Assembly: GCA_964473925.1 (NCBI GenBank)
Contig: CAYYVW010000003.1
Location: 3,179-67,178, forward strand
DNA from: an uncultured Verrucomicrobiaceae bacterium
GTDB taxonomy: Bacteria > Verrucomicrobiota > Verrucomicrobiia > Methylacidiphilales > CAYYVW01
Direction: 5' to 3'
Length of the DNA stretch: 64,000 bases
This document shows positions 9,332-18,773 of this stretch, piece after piece; position 1 is the stretch's first letter, and the number at the start of each line of letters is the position of its first letter. The notes beneath the pieces were generated by a model. That model worked only from the letters and a program-made list of their open reading frames with translations. It searched no databases and was not told the DNA's origin. Both the position numbers and the translations under genes were made by a program.

Positions 9332-10594
9332 TTAAGTTTTCTCAAGAATGCAGCCGCGCAGGTATTCGGTCTCGGGAACGCCGACGCGGACGGGGTGGTC
9401 GGCCGACTGCCCCAGGCGCCGGGCGAGGCGCAGCGGCATGCGGGTATCGGCGACCGCGCGGGCTAGGAGCTCTTCCCACAGCTCGGCGTTGATCGCATGC
9501 GAGCAGGTGAAAGTGAAGAGCAGCCCGCCCGGCGCGAGCAGCCGCAGCGCGCGGACGTGCAGCTCGTGATAGCCGCGGAGCGCGGACTGGACCTGCGCGC
9601 GCGTTTTGGTGAACGACGGCGGATCGAGCACGATGAGATCAAACTGCGCGCCGTCTTTCTCAAGCGCCCGCAGCGCGTCAAACGCATTGTCGACCTGCCA
9701 CTGCGCGCGCTCGGCAAGTCCATTGGTTTGCGCGGCGGTATTTGCCGCGGCAAGTGCTTCAGCCGATTGATCGATCCCCAGCGCGGATGTGGCACCATGC
9801 CGGAGCGCCATGAGTGCGAACGCACCCTGGTGGCAGAACGCATCGAGCACCCGCCGCCCCGCGGCGTGACGCGCGATGGCGGCGTAATTATCCACCTGAT
9901 CGAGATAGAGGCCCGTCTTTTGCCCGTTCCACAAATCCGCCGAGAACGTGACGCCGTGCAGATTCACGCTTGAGGGAGGCGGCGGAGTCGCATCTGAAAA
10001 GCGTGCCGCATCCGACGCGGGCCAGAGGATTTTCTTTTCGAGCGGCAGCCCTTCAAGACGACGCGCGGAAGCATCGTGACGCGCAATGCCCACACGCGCG
10101 CCCGTTTGCTCGGCCAGAAGCGGCGTGATCCATTCCAGCCGCCGATCGATTCCCTGGCAGAGCGCCTGCACCACGAGCGTATCGCCGTAGCGGTCCACGA
10201 CGAGACCAGGCAGCCCATCCGCTTCCGACCAGATGAGGCGCTCGGCATCGGGTCGTGCTCCCGCTGCAAGCCCGGGACGCGCGAGCTGCTCTCGATAATC
10301 CAACGCCGCGGCGATGCGTTGCGCGACCAGTTGCGGGCTAAAATCTTCCGCCTGCTGGGAGTAGAGCCGCACCGCAATTTGTGAGCTGGTGCTGTAGAGC
10401 CCGGAGCCGAGCGGCCGCCCGCGCGGATCGCGGACCAGGACGACGTCGCCCGCGGCGGGTGAGCCGCGCAGGTCGGTCACTTCGCTGGAGTAAACCCACG
10501 GATGGCCGCCGAGCGCGCGGTGGGGCTTGCCCATCGAGAGCCGAAGTGATGGCGTGGCGGCAGCAGGCGTCTTGGATTGCAGCGGAGCGTTCAT
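9332..10594 (-). CDS. Class I SAM-dependent rRNA methyltransferase, RlmI-like (PUA plus methyltransferase domains)
   Basis: HPWVYSSEV, LVVDRYGDTLVVQ and VLDAFCHQGAFAL blocks are typical of RlmI/YwbD. Confidence 0.75.
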   Translation of the reverse strand: MNAPLQSKTPAAATPSLRLSMGKPHRALGGHPWVYSSEVTDLRGSPAAGDVVLVRDPRGRPLGSGLYSTSSQIAVRLYSQQAEDFSPQLVAQRIAAALDYREQLARPGLAAGARPDAERLIWSEADGLPGLVVDRYGDTLVVQALCQGIDRRLEWITPLLAEQTGARVGIARHDASARRLEGLPLEKKILWPASDAARFSDATPPPPSSVNLHGVTFSADLWNGQKTGLYLDQVDNYAAIARHAAGRRVLDAFCHQGAFALMALRHGATSALGIDQSAEALAAANTAAQTNGLAERAQWQVDNAFDALRALEKDGAQFDLIVLDPPSFTKTRAQVQSALRGYHELHVRALRLLAPGGLLFTFTCSHAINAELWEELLARAVADTRMPLRLARRLGQSADHPVRVGVPETEYLRGCILEKT

Positions 10595-10665
10595 GCGAAG
10601 GCGGTGATGCTACGCTGCGGGAATGTAGGCGGGCAATCGGCAAGATTCTCAAACAGCGGCACAGA

Positions 10666-11385
10666 TCAACGCGCAACCGCAGAAGCGGCCGCACGCCCCT
10701 CCGGCAGCTCCGCGCCCCAGATGACCGAGAAGGGCGCGAGGCCGTTGCGGCGCGCGAGTTCTTCAAGCCGCGTCACGGCTTGGGTCTGCGCGTCCTGGAG
10801 AATGCCGGAATTTTCCGCTGCGCGACGGGCGAGCAGGTCGAGCTCCGCCAGGACGCGCTGCCGGTCCTCATTGGTGATGGAGTTGAGCACACCAGGCGTA
10901 TCCTCAAATTCGAGCGGACTGATGCGCTCGAGCGATAAAATTTGCGCCGGCGGCAGCTGCGCCCAGACGCGGCCCGTCTTGGGATCAAGCCGCGCGAGGA
11001 ACGGCTTGCGCAGGTCGAAGCCCGCTTTGATGCGGTACGCCGCGCGCGCGGTGATCTTTTTTTCGGTCAGCGGAATGGAGCGGCGCAAAATTTGCATGCT
11101 CTGGTGCAGCGCGCATTCGAGCCACTGGTCCTTGGTGACAACAGCCAGCTCGGCAACGGGAGAGGTCTGCGTGTAGATCGTCCGCGCGTTGACGACAAGC
11201 TGCGGGCGGACGCTGAGCGCCTCGGAGAACACCCGGCTGACGGCCGCGGCAGCGCGCTCCACCGAGCGCTCGCATCCGCGCATCAGCGTGAACGTGCCGA
11301 CCACCGCGACCGCGACAAGCGCCAGACCCATGTAGTGGCGCATCCTCATACCAACGGTGTTAGCCCGCCGCGCGCGCGGAGGCAA
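10666..11385 (-). CDS. DUF4230-like membrane-anchored protein
   Basis: It has an N-terminal TM helix, and the AAYRIKAGFDL block resembles DUF4230 proteins. Confidence 0.45.
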   Translation of the reverse strand: MPPRARRANTVGMRMRHYMGLALVAVAVVGTFTLMRGCERSVERAAAAVSRVFSEALSVRPQLVVNARTIYTQTSPVAELAVVTKDQWLECALHQSMQILRRSIPLTEKKITARAAYRIKAGFDLRKPFLARLDPKTGRVWAQLPPAQILSLERISPLEFEDTPGVLNSITNEDRQRVLAELDLLARRAAENSGILQDAQTQAVTRLEELARRNGLAPFSVIWGAELPEGRAAASAVAR

Positions 11386-11399
11386 TCAGGGAACAAAAT

Positions 11400-11861
11400 T
11401 TAATGAACACCCACTGTCTTTGATTGTAATTGAAGCCGGCCTGCTTGTGGGGCCTCGCCAGCTCCCATAGCTCTGATTGTCCGGAGATCTGCAGTCTTCC
11501 GCAACGGATCCAATCCCCTACAAGTATCTGCTGCTCCTACCAAGTCTTCTACCCTAAGAGGAAGGCCTTGTCCGAGACGTACTGCCAAAGCACTCACTGC
11601 TTCCAGCTGCTTGGGTAGCATGCTCCGAGGTGCATTGGATGCTACCACTATAAGCGCCCTGACAAGTTCGTGAGCTTGTTCTGGTGCAAGCGTTTTTGAT
11701 AGTTCTTTCTTTGCGCGGTATTCATGCAAAACCCCTCGGGTGAGTCGTGTGACGAAATCTGTCATTCGGCCAAAAAATGTTTGAGGTTTCATCATACCAA
11801 AGTCTTTCAATATCAAATCGCTGCTTTTCGAGCCGTGTTGCTGCGGCTGGAAAGATAGCAT
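11400..11861 (-). CDS. Hypothetical protein (lower-GC orphan)
   Basis: A 153-aa ORF in a clearly lower-GC stretch. No motif recognised and the start is uncertain. Confidence 0.4.
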   Translation of the reverse strand: MLSFQPQQHGSKSSDLILKDFGMMKPQTFFGRMTDFVTRLTRGVLHEYRAKKELSKTLAPEQAHELVRALIVVASNAPRSMLPKQLEAVSALAVRLGQGLPLRVEDLVGAADTCRGLDPLRKTADLRTIRAMGAGEAPQAGRLQLQSKTVGVH

Positions 11862-11930
11862 CTTCCTATTACCGCAGCCGGGTCAAAACGTCCACCGGGG
11901 CCGCGGAAGGTACTGCGGGGACTCGAAAAC

Positions 11931-12209
11931 TCAAGCCGTTTCGGGTTCAGGGCATTCCTGCAGAAGCTTTTCGGCGGCAACCAGTTCCTTGGGCGCCGCC
12001 AAGCCACGCTGCCCACGGCGGCGGACCGCATCGACCAGGGCCTCCAAGTCGGCGCGGGAGGGTTTGCGATCGTACTCCCACGGGTGGTCCGTCGCGCGGC
12101 CGCCGTTCTCTCGGAACTGCATCTTGAACTTGCCGCCGAAATAGGTGACGCGCACGTCGTACGCCGTACCGTCGGGCCGTCGGGTGGTCCAGTTGATATC
12201 GCGGCGCAT
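11931..12209 (-). CDS. Hypothetical small protein
   Basis: The ORF is trimmed to MRRDINWTTRRPDGTAYDVRVTYFGGKFKMQF. The composition is protein-like, with no known motif. Confidence 0.45.
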   Translation of the reverse strand: MRRDINWTTRRPDGTAYDVRVTYFGGKFKMQFRENGGRATDHPWEYDRKPSRADLEALVDAVRRRGQRGLAAPKELVAAEKLLQECPEPETA

Positions 12210-12261
12210 GGGATAAAAGGAGCTTTTCTGGAGCCCCGTCCCCCAAAGCGTAGGATGCCGA

Positions 12262-12489
12262 TTAGTGCAGATCAAGCAAAGCTGCGCGTTGCCGGAGATG
12301 ATGGGAGAAATGATGACGGCGAACTGCCTCCATCGCTTGAGCTAACTGGCCCTGACCCCGAACTGGTTCTCTCAACGCACGATCCGCCGCGTAGTCAACA
12401 GCCTCGGCGCGAACTTGTGGGGAAGTAACGCCTGAGAGCAGGGTAAGAACTTCGAATCCAGCGGCGGGTCTAGTCGTCTGTGTTTGCAT
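12262..12489 (-). CDS. Hypothetical small protein
   Basis: A 75-aa ORF co-oriented with its neighbours. Support is weak. Confidence 0.25.
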   Translation of the reverse strand: MQTQTTRPAAGFEVLTLLSGVTSPQVRAEAVDYAADRALREPVRGQGQLAQAMEAVRRHHFSHHLRQRAALLDLH

Positions 12490-12569
12490 GCGCGGATACT
12501 TGCCGCAGGGCGCGGCGCGCGTCTGATGAAGCTTTCTTAATAAAAGATCAACCGAGCGACCAGAAAGCG

Positions 12570-12971
12570 CTACACCTCACCGCGAGCGCGGGCCTCTTCG
12601 AGCAGGCGCTGGGCCTCGGCCTCCCGCTGGCGCTGGCCCTTTTTCTGCCAGTCGTCCCACGATTTGCCAAACGCCTTGTCGTCGCCCGAAAAATCGAGGC
12701 CCACGATTTGCGAATACGGGACGCGGCGCGCGGCGGGCTCGTCCTTCACCCAGAGCTCGGCAAACGGCTCGGGCGCGGATGGCTCGCGATTGGACAGAAA
12801 GCCGGTGACGCTCGTCCCGTCGGCGAGCTGCAGCGTGACGTCGCCCCGGTAATCGAACGCGTGGTCGAGCGCGGCCCCGCGGGCGGCAGCGTCGTTTTCA
12901 AAGCGGAAGGATTGCCCCTCGAGCGTCGGCGCGGGGCGGTCGGCGGGAGCGGTTTTGTTTTCTGCGGGCAT
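12570..12971 (-). CDS. Hypothetical protein
   Basis: A 133-aa ORF with host-like GC and a charged helical C-terminus (QRQREAEAQRLLEEARARGE). Confidence 0.5.
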   Translation of the reverse strand: MPAENKTAPADRPAPTLEGQSFRFENDAAARGAALDHAFDYRGDVTLQLADGTSVTGFLSNREPSAPEPFAELWVKDEPAARRVPYSQIVGLDFSGDDKAFGKSWDDWQKKGQRQREAEAQRLLEEARARGEV

Positions 12972-13029
12972 AATAGAAGGGGCATCAGTAAACCGGGCCC
13001 GAACCAGAAATCAAGCGCGGGCTTGGCGG

Positions 13030-14364
13030 TTATCCGCGCGTCAAGATCACCCGCGCCCCACGCTTGTAGGTGAGGTATGACCAGACCCAGGAGAGAAAGA
13101 CCGAGAGTTTGTTGCGAAAGCCGATCAGAAAAAGCAGGTGGATTCCCAGCCAGGCGATCCACGCCGGCCAGCCGGAGAGACGCAGCCAGCCGATCTGCGC
13201 GACCGCGGACGAGCGGCCAATCGTCGCCATGATGCCGCGGTTCTGATACGCGAACGCGGGCCGAGAGGTGGAAGCATGGCCGCGGATTTGATCCCGAATA
13301 ATCCCTGCTACGTGGCGCGCCATTTGCATCGCCGCCGGGGAGACGCCGGGGACGGGGACGCCGTTTTTATCCACCAGGTGCGCGATGTCGCCGATCGCGA
13401 ATGCTTCGGGATGCGCCGGGATGGAGCAGTCGGCCTCAACCTGAATGCGCCCTGCGCGGTCGAGCGGCGCGCCGAGTTCTTTGGTGAGCGGCGCCGCAGC
13501 GACGCCAGCCGCCCAGACGACGTTCGCCGCTTCGATCGCTTCCCCGCTGGAAAGCTCCACCCGCCCCGCCTGGATCGATGCAACGCGCGCGCCGGTGCGA
13601 ACCTCCACGCCTAAATGCGCGAGCTGCTTGCGCGCGCTGGCGGCGAGCGGCTCGGGGAACGCGTCGAGCAGGCGGTCGCTGGCTTCGATCAGGATGACAC
13701 GTGCGCGCGTCGGATCGATCCGGCGAAAATCTCCGTGCAGAACCGTGCGGGCCAGCTCGGCGAACGCGCCCGCGAGTTCGACGCCCGTCGGACCGCCGCC
13801 CACGACAACCATCGTCAGCAGCCGATCCCACGCGGCCGGATCTGCGCTCGATTCTGCCGCTTCAAACGCAGCGAGGAGATTCCGGCGGATTCGCAGCGCA
13901 TCCTCGAGCGACTTGAGGCCGGGCGCGTGCTGCTCCCACTCGGGATGACCGAAGTAGCTGGTCCGCCCGCCCAAGGCCAGGATGAGATAATCATAGGAAA
14001 GCGGCTCAGTCGCGGGAGCTGTCGGCGCAGTTTGGTTGCCGGGCAGCATTTCCGAGGGCGCCAACCGGACTGTCCGCGCGGTCAGGTTGATCCCCACCAC
14101 GCTGCGCATGAGGACGGTCACGTTTTGCTGGTCGGAAAGAATCGAGCGGACTGGCTGCGCGATATCCGGCGCTGCGAGGCCGGCGGTCGCAACTTGGTAG
14201 AGGAGCGGCTGAAAGAGGTGGTGGTTCTGCCGGTCGATGAGCGTGATGCGCACCGCCGCGCCGTCCATCGCCTGGCAGAACGTCAGCCCGCCGAAGCCCG
14301 CGCCCAGCACGACGATGTGCGGACGTGGATCTGAGAGCGCGCTCATGAGAATAGGATTACACAT
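13030..14364 (-). CDS. ndh: Type II NADH:quinone oxidoreductase (NDH-2)
   Basis: Two dinucleotide-binding motifs are present (IVVLGAGFGGL, VVVGGGPTGVELAG), plus a C-terminal membrane-associating tail. Confidence 0.85.
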   Translation of the reverse strand: MCNPILMSALSDPRPHIVVLGAGFGGLTFCQAMDGAAVRITLIDRQNHHLFQPLLYQVATAGLAAPDIAQPVRSILSDQQNVTVLMRSVVGINLTARTVRLAPSEMLPGNQTAPTAPATEPLSYDYLILALGGRTSYFGHPEWEQHAPGLKSLEDALRIRRNLLAAFEAAESSADPAAWDRLLTMVVVGGGPTGVELAGAFAELARTVLHGDFRRIDPTRARVILIEASDRLLDAFPEPLAASARKQLAHLGVEVRTGARVASIQAGRVELSSGEAIEAANVVWAAGVAAAPLTKELGAPLDRAGRIQVEADCSIPAHPEAFAIGDIAHLVDKNGVPVPGVSPAAMQMARHVAGIIRDQIRGHASTSRPAFAYQNRGIMATIGRSSAVAQIGWLRLSGWPAWIAWLGIHLLFLIGFRNKLSVFLSWVWSYLTYKRGARVILTRG

Positions 14365-14449
14365 CTTTGATCGCCAGATGAAGAAATCTTTATCTTGGGT
14401 CGATTGTCCTGCGCTGCATTCAGCGTTATCTTAAAGCAGTTCTGTATTT

Positions 14450-15439
14450 GTGAATTTCGGATCTCTCATTTTTCCAACGCTGCTGTCGCTGGCCCCCGGC
14501 CCGCCTCCGGCGGCGGCTGTTCCCGCGCATGAGCCTGCGGTCATCACAGCGCTGCGGGAAGGTGTTGGGCTGCCGCCCTCTTCCGCGGAATCTCTTGCCC
14601 AAAAATCGGAAGCCGTGCTCGACTGCGGCAAAACGCTGCCGTTGGGGAAAGACCACCATCTTTCGCTTTCCGCTGCTGCGGTCGTCCGCTCGCACGGGCT
14701 CGATCCCGCCCCTACGCTGGAGGCCCATCCCGACCGGCCGCCGCTGCCGCCGGGCGCTTCCGTGGAAGTCGTTACTGCGGGCGGCGGAGCTACCTTCGTG
14801 GGGCCGCCGCTTCGAAAAGGATCTGGGCCTATGATTGTGACGGGTCTTGTTTTCGGTCAAGCGGCCGCGACGAACGCCGGGCAGTGGATGCCCCCAAGCC
14901 GTCATGGTAGTGCGATTCCTGGAGAACCACAGGTGGGCCAACTAGGCTCTCCGGTGTTTGGAGGAGCGCTGCTGGTAGACACTGGGCTTAGGATTCCGAA
15001 GACGGGCACGCCGGTAGAATTCGGCGGTTCATTCCGCGTTGATGCCAATGGCAAGACATCCCTGGGACCGGCCGAAGCGGGCGTTCCCGGCGATGTGCGG
15101 GAGGCGCAAGGACCGGGCTGGAAAATTGCAGCGCGTGGGGATATTCGGAGTCCAGATTTGGAAATTTCACGCGGCATGACGACCGAATCCGGGTTGCAGA
15201 TCCGTACCGGCGGTATTCTAGGCGGAGACAACTGGGCAAGTCGCCCCACTCAGGCCGGGGCTTTTGTTGAGATTGGAAGAGATGATGCAGATCACTCCGC
15301 AAGTTTTCACGTGCGCGGCGTTGTGGGCGTTTCCAACGTAACAACCGACAGCGATGGCAAAAAAGCCGGCGGCTTTAGCGCGACGATCGCAGGCGTTGTG
15401 CGGCTAGGCCGGCGCTCTGTCGAGCCGGATGGAAAATGA
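14450..15439 (+). CDS. Hypothetical Gly/Pro-rich protein, possibly secreted
   Basis: A 329-aa ORF from a GTG start, with a hydrophobic N-terminus and no recognised domain. Confidence 0.4.
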   Translation: MNFGSLIFPTLLSLAPGPPPAAAVPAHEPAVITALREGVGLPPSSAESLAQKSEAVLDCGKTLPLGKDHHLSLSAAAVVRSHGLDPAPTLEAHPDRPPLPPGASVEVVTAGGGATFVGPPLRKGSGPMIVTGLVFGQAAATNAGQWMPPSRHGSAIPGEPQVGQLGSPVFGGALLVDTGLRIPKTGTPVEFGGSFRVDANGKTSLGPAEAGVPGDVREAQGPGWKIAARGDIRSPDLEISRGMTTESGLQIRTGGILGGDNWASRPTQAGAFVEIGRDDADHSASFHVRGVVGVSNVTTDSDGKKAGGFSATIAGVVRLGRRSVEPDGK

Positions 15440-15451
15440 GCTGAAGCTCTG

Positions 15452-16246
15452 CTAGCTCTTCTGCGGCTTGCCGCCCGAGACGAGCGTGCCGACTTTCTTG
15501 CCGCAGACGGCCGCGCGCAGGTTGCCGGCGCGGAATGCGTCAAAGACGATGATGGGCAGCTCGTTATCCATGCAGAGGGAGAAGGCGGTTGAATCCATCA
15601 CCGCGAGCCGCTGCTTGAGCGCATCCATGTACGAAATCGTCTCATACCGCTTGGCCTTGGGATTTTTACGCGGATCGCAGTCGTAGATGCCGTCCACCTT
15701 GGTCGCTTTGAGGATGACCTGCGCGCCGATCTCACTGGCGCGGAGCGCGGCGGTGGTGTCGGTGGAAAAGTAGGGGCTGCCCGTCCCCGCGGCAAAAATG
15801 ACGACGCGGCCTTTTTCCAAATGACGGATCGCACGGCGCCGGATGAACGATTCGGCCACGTTTTTCATCTCGATCGCCGTCTGCACGCGGGTGACGACGC
15901 CGCGCTTCTCGAGCGCATCCTGCAGCGCGAGGCCGTTAATGACGGTGGCAAGCATCCCCATGTAGTCGGCCGTCGAGCGGTCCATGCCCAGGCGCTCGGC
16001 CGTGAGCCCGCGCCAAATGTTGCCGCCGCCAATGACGATGGCCACCTGCACGCCGAGTTTTTGAATCTCCGCGATTTGCGCGGCGAACTGCGCGGTCATC
16101 TCGGGGTCAATAACGTCATCGTGGCTGTTGCCTTTAAAGCTTTCGCCGCTGAGCTTGAGCAAAATTCGCTGATACGCCGCGCGCGTGCCGGCGCCCGATT
16201 TTTGGCGGGGGCTCGAGCGTTTCATGGAGAGAGCGGCGGAAGGCAT
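15452..16246 (-). CDS. pyrH: UMP kinase PyrH
   Basis: [23 protein letters not shown] and [13 protein letters not shown] motifs. Confidence 0.92.
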   Translation of the reverse strand: MPSAALSMKRSSPRQKSGAGTRAAYQRILLKLSGESFKGNSHDDVIDPEMTAQFAAQIAEIQKLGVQVAIVIGGGNIWRGLTAERLGMDRSTADYMGMLATVINGLALQDALEKRGVVTRVQTAIEMKNVAESFIRRRAIRHLEKGRVVIFAAGTGSPYFSTDTTAALRASEIGAQVILKATKVDGIYDCDPRKNPKAKRYETISYMDALKQRLAVMDSTAFSLCMDNELPIIVFDAFRAGNLRAAVCGKKVGTLVSGGKPQKS

Positions 16247-16381
16247 GCGGGGCGGCAGGTCTTATAACGCAACCCCTGCCTCCCCCGCCAGCGCGGATTT
16301 TTGTCCGCTGCCATTTGCGCTATCTGCAAATCGGCGTACGTTGAATCTAAAGGGCAAGTCGTTCACCCCAGGTTCGCTGTT

Positions 16382-16987
16382 ATGAACACCCGGCACTCCC
16401 CACCGATGATAGGCCCAGCAGCGGGCGAGGCCTTGGTACGGGTGGTGGAAGCCGCGCATCGTTATTTGCCAGGAAGTTCGCTTACGAACGCCTTATGCGA
16501 AGCCGTGCTCGATCGGCATCACGGACAAGTTCAAACAGGTGCCGCTGGCCGAACCTTGGAGCATGAGATGTGCGCTCTCGAAGCGTTGGTGCTTAGCGAT
16601 TCCAATCGCCCCACCCCACTCACCCGAGAACAAATTCCCACACTGCGCCGAGAAATGGGACAGCTTCTAAGCGGCCTTACCTTGAATGATATGGAGAGCT
16701 GCTTGCGCATAGTGCCACCTGGTAATTTTTATTTAGCTCAAGCGGTTCAAATGGCTTGCGGTGCTCTCGCAACGCGTGCGCGGGAAATCATCGCTACGCG
16801 CACCGGAAGAATTCCCACTCGAGAAGAAGCGGGCGTTGTTCGCCGAACGGCTGCCTTAACGCGGAAGTTACCGCAGGCACCTGTAGCCCCTCCCTCACGG
16901 GTTACGAGCGCGGCCAGAAGCTGGAGACCATTGCCTACCCCTGCTGCGCGTCGATCTGGATCGCAACCCGGCCAAATGGCCGCGTAG
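16382..16987 (+). CDS. Hypothetical protein (orphan, opposite strand, between pyrH and tsf)
   Basis: I took the ORF from the internal ATG at 16382 (the track ORF starts at 16301). No motif recognised; the C-terminus is low-complexity Pro/Ala/Arg. Confidence 0.35.
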   Translation: MNTRHSPPMIGPAAGEALVRVVEAAHRYLPGSSLTNALCEAVLDRHHGQVQTGAAGRTLEHEMCALEALVLSDSNRPTPLTREQIPTLRREMGQLLSGLTLNDMESCLRIVPPGNFYLAQAVQMACGALATRAREIIATRTGRIPTREEAGVVRRTAALTRKLPQAPVAPPSRVTSAARSWRPLPTPAARRSGSQPGQMAA

Positions 16988-17003
16988 CATTTCGCCTGCT
17001 AAT

Positions 17004-17630
17004 TTAGGCAGCCGCAGCGGGAGCCGGCGCGTCGATCGATTCGCCCACTTGGTAGCGGGTGAACCGGCGGATGCGGATGTTCTCACCCAGCTCGGAGACT
17101 TTTTTGGTGAGCAGGTCGCGCACCGTCATGCTCGACTCTTTCACGAACGCCTGGTCCATGAGGCAGACGGTGGAGTAGAAGCTCGAGAGCTTGCCTTCGA
17201 CGATCTTCTCAACCGCGGCCGCGGGCTTGCCTTGGGCCTGGGCGGTCGCGATTTCTTGCTCGCGTGCGACATCGGCGGGCGGGACTTCTTCGCGCGTTAC
17301 ATAGAGCGGATTGGCCGCCGCGATCTGCAGCGTGACATCCCGCACGAGCTCGCGGAACGATTCGTTCTTGGCGACAAAGTCGGTCTCGCAGTTGATCTCA
17401 ACCAGCACGCCTACCTTATCAAAGTGAATGTACGAGGCGATCACGCCCTCGCGCACGTCGCGGCTCGATTTTTTTGCCGCGCTCGCGATCCCTTTTTTGC
17501 GCAGGAGCGTTTCGGCCGCGACCAAGTCGCCGCCGGCCTCCTGCAGGGCTTTTTTGCAGTCCATCATCCCCGCGTTGGTTTTTTCGCGAAGTTGGCGAAC
17601 TAGTTCTGAAGAAATCGTCGTTGTCGTCAT
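17004..17630 (-). CDS. tsf: Translation elongation factor Ts (short form)
   Basis: LVRQLREKTNAGMMDCKKALQEAGGD is the N-terminal UBA-like motif of EF-Ts. Confidence 0.9.
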   Translation of the reverse strand: MTTTTISSELVRQLREKTNAGMMDCKKALQEAGGDLVAAETLLRKKGIASAAKKSSRDVREGVIASYIHFDKVGVLVEINCETDFVAKNESFRELVRDVTLQIAAANPLYVTREEVPPADVAREQEIATAQAQGKPAAAVEKIVEGKLSSFYSTVCLMDQAFVKESSMTVRDLLTKKVSELGENIRIRRFTRYQVGESIDAPAPAAAA

Positions 17631-17681
17631 GGAAATAAAAATAGAAAGGAGAGTTCCTCGTGCAAAACGCGAAGCCGGAGG

Positions 17682-18488
17682 CTACGCGACTGCGGCAGGA
17701 CGTGTGGACGACGCTGCCGGTTTGGCGGCGCCGCCGGCCGGGGCCGAGGGGGCTTCACCTTTAGCGCCGGACACCGAGCCCGAGCCTTTGGTCTTTTCAG
17801 CCGGAGCGCTGGACTGGCCATCGAGAACCGCGGAGTGGAGCGCTTCCATCAAAAGACGGATTGAGCGCATCGCATCGTCGTTGGCGACGATTGGATAGTC
17901 GACAAGGTTAGGATCTGCATTGGTATCGACCAGCGCAACGATGGGGATGGAAAGGCGGCGCGCTTCTTGCACCGCGATGTTTTCCCGGACGATATCGACG
18001 ATGACGAGGGCACCGGGGAAGCGCTCCATGTCGCGGACGCCGTCCAAGTTGCGATGCAGCTTGGCAAATTCGCGGCGCATCGAGGCGACTTCTTTCTTGG
18101 GCATCGACTCGACCGTGCCGCGGCTTTCGATCATTTCGATCTCTTTGAGACGGCGGATGCTTTTGCGGATGGTGCTCAAATTGGTGAGCGTGCCGCCGAG
18201 CCAGCGGTTGGTGATATGGTAGGAGCGGCTTTGCGGAGCGAGCTCTTGGATGACGGCTTGGGCCTGCTTTTTGCAGCCGACAAACAGCACGCGGCGGCCT
18301 TCGGCGGAGACTTTGCGTAAAAATTCTTGGGCCTTCTTGAGCTGGACGACGGTTTGGTCCAGATCGATGAGGTGCGTGCCGTTCTGCTCTTCGAATAGAT
18401 AAGGGCGAACCTTGGGGTTCCAGCGCTGGGTGCGGTGCCCGAAATGGACGCCGGCTTCGAGTAGTTCTTTGACTCCGAGTTGGATCAT
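17682..18488 (-). CDS. rpsB: 30S ribosomal protein S2
   Basis: LLEAGVHFGH and the rest of the S2 core are present, followed by an Ala/Pro-rich C-terminal tail. I chose the ATG at 18488; an in-frame upstream GTG at 18530 is possible. Confidence 0.9.
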   Translation of the reverse strand: MIQLGVKELLEAGVHFGHRTQRWNPKVRPYLFEEQNGTHLIDLDQTVVQLKKAQEFLRKVSAEGRRVLFVGCKKQAQAVIQELAPQSRSYHITNRWLGGTLTNLSTIRKSIRRLKEIEMIESRGTVESMPKKEVASMRREFAKLHRNLDGVRDMERFPGALVIVDIVRENIAVQEARRLSIPIVALVDTNADPNLVDYPIVANDDAMRSIRLLMEALHSAVLDGQSSAPAEKTKGSGSVSGAKGEAPSAPAGGAAKPAASSTRPAAVA

Positions 18489-18773
18489 ATAAGTATCTGT
18501 CAGTTTAGGACGGGGCTTTTTGAAAGCCACCGCTTCGATTTCTATCGAATGCCCGCCTCCGGAGGTCCGAGGGCGAGGCTTTGGGTGTTGTTATGCCGGC
18601 AGGACCGGCGTTTGTCTCATCGCTTGGTGACAAGCGACGGGTTTGCCACCCTAGCGCTCCCTCCCCGTCTGCCAAGGGAAAAATGCGGCCAACGGGTTGA
18701 CAGCGGGCCGGTTTGTCGTACCCTCTTGGGTTCGCGCTTCTCGTAATGAATCAAAGCGCCCACCTCCCTTTTT

